Assembly (NCBI RefSeq): GCF_006345805.1
Contig: NC_043010.1
Coordinates: 46,934,001-46,998,000 of the forward strand
Source: Octopus sinensis
Taxonomy: Eukaryota
Length of the DNA stretch: 64,000 nucleotides
Reading direction: 5' to 3'
Below, one piece after another: positions 10,321-22,046 of the stretch (the stretch's first letter is position 1; the number at the start of each line of letters is the position of its first letter). The notes beneath the pieces are model-generated. The model made no database searches, was not told the DNA's origin, and was given only the letters and a program-made list of their open reading frames with translations. Position numbers and translations under genes: made by a program.

Positions 10321-13300
10321 TTAAGCAAGCACACGAGTATATTTTTTAACCTGGGTTACAGGTGGCACTATTGGAGTTCAGAACGCACAGAGGCAAAAAC
10401 AGCTGTCCCAAAGCGTCTTGTCTGCTGTATTCATGACCTTAGACTGGTACTTTTATTTATTAACTCTGAAAGCATGAAAAGCAAAGTTGACCATAGCAGG
10501 ATTTGAAAGCTGGAATAAATGCTCTAAAGTTTCTTAGCCAATGCAGAATTGACTCTACTAATTTGATTCCAGTTTCACACATGAGCGCCTGTATGTTTGT
10601 AAATATATGTATATGGTGTGTCTGTGTGTTTATATATAGGTATCTGTATGTATGTAGGTGTGTGTATAATATATGTATACATGAAAGATGAAACATGAAA
10701 ATTTCAGCTTTTAATAGAAAAAAATTTTGACCACTCTACTTTCACTATCGAATAACTCTATTGGTGTTTACATTCAAGTATTTACAGACACACATGTGCC
10801 TGTCCACATACACACACACACACACGTTTCATTTATTTGTGCTTATAATTTCTTTACAGAATCATGTTTTTAAGCACAGTCACACTGTGCATCACTTTCA
10901 GGCGTCAAGTGCCTTGTCATGCCACTTTATGTTGATTAAAACCACCTCTTGAATGAAATCTAATGGATAGAAATTGTACTGAAGCTCATTGTCTGTGTGT
11001 TTGTCTGTCTGAATTTATGTCCTGTAACTTATGTTTCAATAAATAGAGATAAAAATAAGTATTGGAATTCATAATATTGACTAAATCCTTGAAGTGGTGG
11101 TCAAGCCTGGCGACAATCCAATGACTGAAGCCAGTGAATGTGTGTGTGTGTGTGTGTGTGTGTGAGTGTTCACACACCATATATAACACAGACCAAATCA
11201 TTAAAATAGAATTTTTTTAAATGCAGAATGGCAGGCTCTAATTTGGGGAATTTTATAAGTTATAAACAGGTCATAGTAAAAAGGAAAAAAGTTGCAAGAT
11301 GTATGAGTGTGTATTTTTTTCATTATACTTTTCAAAAAGGACAACTAAACAACTAACTATACTTAATATTAGTATAAAGTAACCCTTTGATAGACCACAG
11401 CTACTGGTTGCTGTTCTAACCATAAATGCTATTTACAGTGAGTCAATCCTTTTGCAGTCTTGAGTTGTTGAAAGCACTTAGTCTGACTACTACATATCAC
11501 TATTTTAACTAAATCCTTTTGTCAATATGAAGTAACAGAGAATGAACCCAGCCTTAATTCATATGAGTTTGCTGCAGAGAAAATTTGGGGTTCTGCCAGC
11601 ATGAGAGAAATTTGGTGCCATGCCAAATCCTATTTGGCATTATTTTAGCATATTTATTGATTTATGTTAATATTGGATATCTCTTCAGAATATTGATTTC
11701 TTACATTGGCACAAGGCCAGAAATTTGCAGGGGAACTGTGTAGTCTAGTGAACCAATCCCTGTACATGACTCATGCTTTATTTTCTCAACCTTGTAGAGG
11801 TGAAAGGCAGAAATTGTTTCCCCAGGAATTTGAACTCAAAACATAAGAAATAACCACTAAACTGTGTAATGCATTTAGTCCAGTTTTCTGTGCCTCAATA
11901 TCCACAACTCATCATTTTATGCTCTGCCACATCTTTATACATACATATATATATATTTATATAGTTTCATAATATTATCATCAACAAACGAAAATAAATA
12001 TGAGTATACCATTTCATTGTAGGTTCTTACTCTCTTCATAAATACAAGAGAATGAAAAAGAGGGAAGGGATGTGTTGGTGAAGTATTTGATTTAGATTAC
12101 TTTTATTTTGTTTTGTTTCTCAACACAAAATCTGTTATAGGTTTTTGCTTGAAATTTGATACAGAAGGAAAAACTTTTCTATACAGAAATATCTATATGC
12201 CTATGTGTGAGTGTGTATGTTTGTATTTAGGTGCAGTATGGTTGAATGGTCAAGAAGTTTGTTTTGCAACCACTACGTGGCATCTCAAGCAGTTGTTATT
12301 TTCTATAGCTTTGGGTTGACCAATTATATCTTATGAATGAAAATGGAGAGATGGAAACTGAAAAGAAAGTCGTCCAATGAATCATACCTGTAATTCAAAG
12401 GTACAACCTTGTCAACTGTGTCACTCTGATTCTGTCTGAGAATTACATTAAGGGTACACTTGTCTGTGGAGTGCTCAACCACTTACTGATTCTTTGAGCA
12501 GAAAATCCACTTGATTGAATAACTGAATTCTCAGCATTGAAATCAATAGAGATCCATCCATCTTTTACTTGTTACAGTCATTAGACTGTGGCCATACTGG
12601 GGCACCACCTTTAGTTGAATGAATCGACCCCAGTACTGTTTATTGTTTTTAAGCTTGGTACCGAACCACTAAGTTGTTATGGGGGTGTAAACACACCAAC
12701 ACCGATTGGCAAGTTGTGTTGTAGAGGACAGACACACACATATACATACACACACACCATATTCACTCACAAGGTTTAGGTTGGCCCAAGGCTATTGTAG
12801 AAAATACTTGCTCAAAATGCCATGCAGTGGGACTGAACCAGAACCATGTGGTTGGGAAACAAGCTTCTTACCACACAGCTGCACCTGACTCGAATAGAAA
12901 ATCGATAACTACCCGTGAAACATGAACTACCATCTCCTGCAGTCATGACAAGAATTCTTACAACATACAATATATATACATACATTTACAGAAATATCTT
13001 AAGATTTGATTTGTGGTTTCCTATTGCTTTTATTATAAAGAAATAGCCTATTGTGTTTAGAGTTGGTTCTGTGAATTCTCTTTCACTCTTTTTCTAGCAA
13101 AAGCTCCAGTCAATTCTCTTCCTTTAACTGCAATTAGGTTTCATGGGGTATACCAGCATCCTACCTTTCCAAATGTACACTTATTGTACACTTTCTACAT
13201 TCTTAATTAAACTATCTGCTCAAAACTACCTCCGCTTCTATGATACAAACTTCATGTTTAAAATGATCTAAATTAAAGCCTTTCAAAATTATGGTTGGGT

Positions 13301-13624
13301 AGGCATGGCTGTGTGGCACCTTGGGCAAGTGTTGTCCTACTATAGTCTCGGGTTGACCAAAGTTTTGTGAGTGGATTTGGTAGACAGAAACTGAAAGAAG
13401 CCTGTCATATATATATATATATATATGTGTATATGCATATATTTATGTGTGTGTCTTAGTGTTTGTCTCTCTCCCCATTGCTTGGCAACTGATGTTGGTG
13501 TGTTTACGTCCCTGTAACTTAGCTGTTTGGCATGAGAAACTGATAGAGTAAGTACCACGCTTACAAAGAATAAGTCCAAAGTATTGAATAACCTTATTTT
13601 CATTGCTTTTCTTTGTGTGTTCAG

Positions 13625-13635
13625 ATGAAGGACCT
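13625..13635 (+). other. Candidate 11-nt microexon ATGAAGGACCT in FH intron 1
   Basis: Long pyrimidine tract ending ttcag| and a |GTAAGC donor. It keeps the FH frame only if entered in phase 1. Confidence 0.3.
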
Positions 13636-13744
13636 GTAAGCTGAACCTTTTTGTGTTACATATTTTCTGCCAACTCTAAGATTTAAACACTTCAGTATGC
13701 ATGTATAATGTTACTTCACTGGCAAACACAATCTATCAAGAAAT

Positions 13745-14606
13745 CAATGACAACTACTGTTCTCTCGCTCAGGATGAAAGGTAGACTATATGATGCATGT
13801 GTGCAAACTACCATGATACACGGCAGTCAAACATGGGCGATGACTGCTGAGGATGTGTAGGCTTGAAATAAATGAAGCTAGTATGATCCACCAGATGTGT
13901 AATGTCAGTGTGCATACACGACAGTGTGTGAGTGCCCTGAGAGAAAAGTTGGACATAAGAAGCATCAAATCTGGTGTGCAAGAGAGACAACTGCACTGGT
14001 ATGGTCATGTGTTACATATGAATGAGGATAGCTGTGTAAGGAAGTGCCACACACTAACTGTGGAAGAGGCAGACCCAGAAAGACATGGGATGAAGTGATG
14101 AAGCATGACCTTCGAACATTGGGCCTCACAGAGGCAATGACAGGAGACTGAGACCTTTGGAGATATGCTGTGATTGAGAAAACCTGGCAACTAAAGTGAA
14201 ATCTCAGACATGGCCAATGTCAGTGTTGCATGTCTGGCCCATTTAAAAGTACCCTTGATGCATCAGGCAATATGATATGCTTGAGAAGATCTGTTGAGTC
14301 AAGTAAAACCAAATTCGTAGCTGTGTTCAGTGCCTCCTGACTGGCTCCCATGCCAGTGGCACATAAAAAGCACTATCCAGATGGGATCAATGCCAGGCCC
14401 ACTGACTGGCTCCTGTGCCAGTGGCATGTAAAAAGCACCCACTACACTCTCAGAGTGGTTGGCTTTAGGAAGGGCATCCAGCTGTAGAAATATTATCAGA
14501 TCAGATTGGAACCTGGTGCAGCTGCTGGCTCTCCAGTCCTCAGTCAAACCGTCCAACCCGTACCAGCATGGAAAACAGGCATTTAAACAATGATGAAGAT
14601 GATGAT
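13745..14606 (+). mobile_element. 5'-truncated RTE-clade LINE (RT C-terminus, 3' UTR, (GAT)n tail)
   Basis: ORF 13853..14098 reads LREKLDIRSI...QERQLHWYGHVLHMNEDSCV, followed by the 3' repeat ending tgatgaagatgatgat. A related fragment lies at ~15905-16310. Confidence 0.85.
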
Positions 14607-15633
14607 ATCCAGCCAAAATATTCTGCTTGTTTTATGCTAAAACTGGCCAGATCCAACCTCTCACAACTACCCTACAATGTCAATCTAAAGACAAACAATC
14701 ACACAAGCAAAATTCCATAGCTATGAAATAATGCAGATGTTCAATAACATGAGTAAAATCTCATTGCCATGAGATAATGCAGATATTCAAATGCTGATAA
14801 TGCAGGATTAATTCAAAACAATGTGCATAAATAAGCATTACACTCCACAGAGAAATCTGAATGCTGAGAGGTCAAATTACTTGCTGTCAGAAAAAGGAAA
14901 GGTCACATTAGATAATGTAGTCTGAGATATGCAATGCCATGAGAGTAGGCTGGGCTGCTCGTGGTTGAAAGGATTTTGGTAATAGGCCTTCTTGGTTAAG
15001 GCTAAACAATACACCAGGCATGGGCAACCTTTCTCAAGAAGTGGGTCACATTAAGCATGCTGTACTACTAAAAATAATTGAAAGTAATTTTTTGTTAGGC
15101 ATGCCATTAAGAAAATCCCATGGAGTGCAATTTGCCCATAATTGCAATAAACTATTGACACTTTGGTTGGTTTACCAATACTTTTAACCTGTCTAGCCAC
15201 AGCTCGAAATAACAATGAAACTATTCCAAAAAATTGTTTGAATAAAGATTTAGTATTCGTGAAGATGTGGAATGGTTGGATGGATTGAGTGGCCTATTGA
15301 CACATACTGACTTACTGAGTGGCATATTGACTCATATTATTTTAAGCCCCATTAGTTGGCACATTAGTCTATGTGCTACAATTGATCAAACTGAAGTAAA
15401 AGAAAAGAAATTACAATTGCCAATTAGACTATCCAACTTCTGCAATTTATGCAAAAATAATCAAATTTCCGTTAATACAATAACTGATGCTAAATGTATA
15501 TATATATATATATATATATGTATAAAAGGAATAAATATATTTTTAAAAATATGTTTCTAAATGGTTCTGAAATAATTTCCAAATGTCTTCTCGGATCATA
15601 AATATCTAAATTAACTATCGCTTCTCTTTTCAG

Positions 15634-15762
15634 CCTGGAGCTTCAAGATTAGAGACTGACAGTTTGGGGCCTGTGCCAGTCCCAAATGACAAACTCTATG
15701 GAGCTGTCACGGCACGCACTTTGATCAATTTCAACATTGGTGGTGAAACTGAAAAAATGCCG
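15634..15762 (+). CDS. FH: FH exon 2 ([43 protein letters not shown])
   Basis: ttttcag acceptor at 15631-33 and CCG|GTATGT donor, 129 nt, phase 0/0. Resembles the fumarase N-terminus (R-x-E-x-D...VP.DK.YGA.T.R...NF.IGG..E.MP). Confidence 0.93.
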
Positions 15763-18700
15763 GTATGTAGAATTCTAGTATTCAGTCTTTCTTTAATGCA
15801 ATGCTTTAAGATGTATGGGAAAACAAAATCCTAGGGTATCCTTACTTGATAAGATGTCACACAATAAAGAAGCCTTTATTTCTGTAAATTCTTTCATTAT
15901 CAGTCTGTCTGATTTGAAGTGATGTGTATGGATCTAGACAGTTGCATACAGAAGTGCCAATCACTTAACGTAGATGGAACTTGTAGAAGAGAGAAACCCA
16001 AGAAGACATGGTACAAAGTATTGAAGGCCAATCTCAAGACACTGAGTCTTACAAAGGAGATGACAAAGGGCCAAGGTATCTGGTGGGTACCTTGCTATAC
16101 TCAAGAAGATCTACCCACCATAGCAGAACTGATACCAATGCTGGTGTCACGTTAAAGCACTGGTGCTGGTGCCACATAAAAAGTAACCAGTACACTCTGT
16201 AAAGTGGTTGATGGTAGAACAAACAGTGGTGCCTGGTGTGGTCCATGGCCTTACCAGCTCCTGTTAAACCATCCAACTCATGCCAGCATGAAAAACAAGT
16301 TAAATGAGGATTTAAATTTAAATGAAAAAGGTCATTTTTGTGACATGAATGGTGAAAGATTTCAAAAAGTATCTATTTGTGTGTGTGTTCTTTAGTTTTA
16401 GATATCATGGTCAAGGTCAAGCTGGAGCATCATTGTGTAGTGTGCATGTATATATTTTTGAGTAGTATTCCAAATACTACTCAAGGTGCATGAAGGCACG
16501 TGGCCTAGTGGTTAGGGCATTCGGCTCACGATTGTAAGGTTGGGAGCTCACTTCCCGGCGACACGCTGTGTCCTTGAGCAAGTCACTTTATTTCACATTG
16601 CTCCAGTCCTCTCAGCTGGCAAAAATAAGTTGTACCTGTATTTCAAAGGGCCAGCCTTGTCCAGACTCTGTGTCACACTGAATCTCCCTAAGAACTATGT
16701 TAGGGGTACACGTGTCTGTGGATTGCTCAATCAATTGCACATTAATTTCACGAGCAGGCTGTTCCGTTGATCGTATCAGCTGGGACCCTCATTATCGTAA
16801 CCGATTGAGTGCTCCTATTCCAAATAATCAATTGTCAATACACGAAGAAAGTTAAGTACTTTTTTTTCTTGTGAAATCCTTGCCTGGTTATTTTGTAAAT
16901 TGAGACGCATAAACATTCTATTCTTATTAGAAATATAACTATGAAAAGGTATAATATTTTAGTCAGTTGAATTTTACTTTAAATATAAACTTTAAAAGAA
17001 AATTACTTGGTTTTTTGTTTTAATCTTTTGGAATTTTTTTTTTTTTTTGCTTGGTATAAAATGTAATAGAAGAAATAAGGCATTTTACTTTTTTAATTAA
17101 CTGTGCACTTCTTTTCATATAATTTAGTTGTTGTTCTGAGAACTAACAAAAGGATTAAGAATAAATCCAGGAACAAGCAGTTGGAAAAATGAAAGAATGA
17201 GAAATGAAATAGATACAACAATCTGTTATAGGGGCACCTGTAAACACTTTATATTCTGCAGCAAATTAGCCCACCACATCCTATCCTTTCCCTAGAAATT
17301 GAATTCAATGTACAGCTACTGAAATGCTCTTCGATTTTGTAGCACTCTTGTTGTGTACAGCAGTGAGTTGTTCCTGACCTTCAGTATCTGTTTACAACTA
17401 GGTAGGCTGCAATACTTGAGAGTTTACTCTTATAGTCATTGAAGTCAGTGACAGGGAACAAGCCATCAACCTTCTGGATACTGACTATTAAACCATATTG
17501 AATTGATTATCAGCATTTTTCTCTCACAATTCTAGTGTATAACTCTTTTGCCCACCTATCTTATCCATTTCTATTCTAGATAGTACAAAAATGAGTGAAT
17601 TCAATGGTGTAACATAATCAAAAAATAAGGTAATTCAGTGTGAAGAAATCCAAGAAATAGGTACTCCAAATCAATGTTGGATCCAATCGCTTCAGCCACA
17701 TAACGACACATGTGCTTTTCTTGGACTATTCTTTTCCTTCTCTCCGGACCCTTCCTCTTTCTAATGAAGAGCCATGTTCAAAATGTCATCTTCAACCTCT
17801 TTTATTTTTTCCATCTTAAACTGACTATCTACCTAATACATTCATTGATTTTTATTGCTTTTATTTTTATTATTTTGTCTATTCTGGAAGTCTATTCTGA
17901 AGCAATGTTAATGAATAAAATAAGGTTATATTAATAAAGAACCAAGGAGGTGGAGAGTGGTAATAAGTGATGAACTTATTGCTTTCCCAAAGTGAAATGA
18001 AATGGCTTTTCAATAAGAAAATATAAGAAAAGAAATCTTGAAATAAAACTTGGTTTGTATTTGATTTGTCTGGAGAGTAATGACAATAATAATGCTGATT
18101 TAAAAAAAAAAATTTTCTATGTTAGTAGTAAGCGTCAAAAACAGATTGTATGACAGTCATTCCTTTCTCAATATTGTTAATAACATCATTGAAGAAAACA
18201 GATGCAACCAGAAAACTAAACCAAATAGAAAAGTTGTTTAGTTTCAAGTCAGTCTTGATTGAGCTGTTTTATGATCATCCTACCAAGAGTACCATGAAAT
18301 CTTTTCCAAGTAGTGTCATACAAGACAACATTATATGATGTGTTCTTCCCCTATTGAGAAAGTAGGAGTTAATTTAAGGAAGATTTAGCTGTTATTTCTA
18401 GCAGGTTGACTGACTGCCTAGACATACCATCATTGACTCTATGTAGCAAAATAATAATTAATAAAAGTTGGCAAATGATTGGCACTCGAGGGCTCATAGC
18501 AGCAATATTAGTAACAAAGGCAATTTTTATTCATTATTCCTTGCTACATCAACAGAACTACTAGTAGCAGTTGTAGTAAAAGTAACAGCATAATTAGTTT
18601 TCCTGGCATAACATCATCAGATACTATGTTGATTAAGTACCTTATTTAAAACAGCAAAGAATAATTGATCATGAATTTTTATAAAGTCACTGTATGATAA

Positions 18701-21700
18701 GAGATTACTATACTGGGTTTCTCATATTGTTTAGATGTGTTGAAAAGGCATGTGCCTTTCACATGACACTGTATTGATCCCACAAGTCTTTGGTTGATCG
18801 CCCTCTCTATGTTCCTGATTTTACTCCTATCTTCTGTTCCCCACATGTGAAAACACTTGGCTGGGAATCAGTATCAGTGATGATATCATATCTGCTGTTG
18901 ACTTTTTTGAGCAACAGGATGAAAGCTTCTTCACCAATGGGATCCAAGCACTGCAGCATAGTCCCACAAGGGGGACTATATTGAAAAATAAACCTCATTT
19001 GGTCACATTCTATGAGAATATTATGGTCAGCCTATGAATTTTTCAACTGACTCTTGTATATACAGTCCACTTTGGTTTGGTGATCACTAAATTACACAAA
19101 CAGATATGACCATATCTATTATGTCTCACATCCATAGAAAGCTTGAGACATCTATTATGTTTCACATCAATAGGAAGCTTGAAATCTTAGCTTTCAGTAC
19201 CTGACAAGATACTATGAGGGTGCGGGGAATATGACTGACTGGCTAAAACCTTTGACAGAGATCCTGGACTAAAATAATTTCTTACAACATTGAACTGTAT
19301 CTACTCATGGCCTACACACTATTTACAACATGGTCTCAGCCAGTGAATGTTAAAGTAATTGACTTTCTGCAGCTTCCTTATGGGTTGGTCAGTTAACAGT
19401 TCTCTTAAATGACCAATTCTGCATAAGTTAAATAAAAATTTATAGCTAAAGTAATAGTAACATTTGTTATGTGCAGCAGAAGCAGTACTAGATTAAATTA
19501 GTAATTTGTGCATCATGCTTAATGCAAATAGATCATGGAAAGCTTAATTAACTGCAATTTTTGTCTGGAGGTAATATCTGTTTTGGACGTACTGTGTTAA
19601 AAAAACACAAAATTATATTGGTAGCAGATGAAAATTGTCCACCAGTGATGACAAGAATGCTATGTGCTTCTAGTATTTCCATTGTCACTACTCAACAATT
19701 TTCTTCTGCTACCAATTTAACTTTGTGTTATTCAATTTAATTTTGTGCTATTCAAATCGATCGACATCAATGGAAATTGTAGCTGTGATACCAGTGCCGG
19801 TGGCACGTAAGCGAACCATCCGAACATGGCCGTTGCCAGCGCCACCCCGACTGGCCTCCGTGCTGGTGGCACGTAAAAAGCACCATCCGATCGTGGCCGT
19901 TTGCCAGCCTCATCTGGCTCCCGTGCTAGTGGCACATAAAAAGCACCATCCGATCGTGGCCGTTTGCCAGCCTCGTCTGGCACCTGTGCAGGTGGCACGT
20001 AAAAAGCACCCACTACACTCACGGAGTGGTTGGCGTTAGGAAGGGCATCCAACTGTAGAAACACTGCCAGATCAGACTAGGCCTGGTGCAGCCTTCTGGC
20101 TTCCCAGACCCCAGTTGAACCGTCCAACCCATGCTAGCATGGAAAACAGACGTTAAACGATGATGATGATGAATACAGCAAGTCCATAAGAGATATTATC
20201 TGTAGTATCTCCAACTGAACACTGTAGTTAATTCAGCCTTTTGTGATGTATTTATATAAAGTATGATACACAGATTGCTAATAGTAGTATATATTTTATG
20301 AAAAATAAAGAGAGCAACAGAAGCAATATTAATACCAAAAGATAAAATATTCACCACTTAAAAGTAGATGTTGTGTTAGGACAAACAAATACTGCAATAT
20401 TTACCAAGAGAGAAAAACCTTCATGTGGGTTTTTTTTTTTTTTTGTGTGCATAAAAGCATATAGCTATTGCCAGTGGCAGACAATCACTGCTACTTCTGC
20501 TTCCAGGACTACCAGATCACGTGATTTCAGCTTTTTTTTTGGGGGGGGGGGGTCAGTGGCAGATACTTTGGCACCGGAAATAACAGTAACTGCTATGCTA
20601 ACAATATACATAGAGATCACGTGACCAACCAGGCTATCAGATGTTGCTACACATTGCTGGTCACAATGCACTTTGCTTTGTTTTAGCCTTCAAATCAGGC
20701 CACCCCGCTGGCTAAGCGAGTAGGCCAACAGAAGAAAGAGTGAGAGAAAGTTGTGGTGAAAGAGTACAGCAGGGATCACCACCACTCCCTGCCAGAGCCT
20801 TGTGGAGCTTTAGGTGTTTTCGCTCAATAAACACTCACAACACCTGGTCTGGGAATCGAAACTGCAATCCTACAACCGTGAGTCTGCTGCCCTAACCACT
20901 GGGCCATTGCACCTCCACGATATACATAGAAATACAGAGCCAAATATATTTTATATTTCTTTTTCTTATTTTGTAATGTCAAAGTATTATTTTCTAAAAT
21001 GATTATATCTTATCCATATTATTATGAGAAACGTTTAATGATTGATTTTATACTTGCAGGTTCCACTTATCAAAGCTTTTGGTATTCTGAAGGCTGCAGC
21101 AGCCCAAGTGAATCAAGAGTATGGCCTGGATCCCAAAATAGCTGAAGTAATAAAATCTGCTGCCATGGAAGTATGTTAGCTTTGTTGTATTTGGTCATTA
21201 GGACATAGTTTATTTACCTAGTGATGACACCATGTAACCAATTTGAAAATAGTGCAAACGATATAATTCTTGAATAGAATCAAGAATTTTCTATTCTCAA
21301 ATTGAGAGTTGTGAAAATGCATGGCCTAGTGGTTGAGGTGTTGCACTCATGATTGCTAGATCATGGTTTTGATTCCCCGACTGGGTAGTGCATTGTATTC
21401 TTGAGCAAGACACTTCATTTCATGTCGCTCTGCGATCACTTTAACATTTGATAATGTGGCATACTATACACTTGTACTAGGCAATGTTGATTTGATGACA
21501 GAAGTGAGCTAATGTACAACACAAACATTTGATCAACAGAAACAAATCGCCTGTGGAACAAATTGTTCAGCAAGAAATTGCAAAGCCCTAATCTGTCATC
21601 TGTGACAGGTGAGTCTACCACAATTGAAAATAACAGTTAAAAGTGTTTGTTTTTTTTTTAAGTTTTGATATTTCTCTGAATGGTTAAATGGGCATGAAAC

Positions 21701-21984
21701 TTATCAAAACTAATTTATTCATTCTTAAAAATATTCTTTTTTACTTGTGGCTAAAATTCAACTTTCCTTCATTTAAAAAAAAAATCTTTTATCTTATTAT
21801 TATCATTATGGCAGCAAGCTGGCTGAATTGTTAGCATGGTGGGCAAAATTTCGCTCGTCGCTATGTTCTGAGTTCAAGTCCTGCCAAGGTTAAATTTGCC
21901 TTTCATCCTTTCAGGGTTGATAAATTAAGTACCAGTGAATCACCTTCCTTCAATATTTCAGGCCTTGTGCCTTTAGTAGAAAGG

Positions 21985-22046
<62 letters not shown>

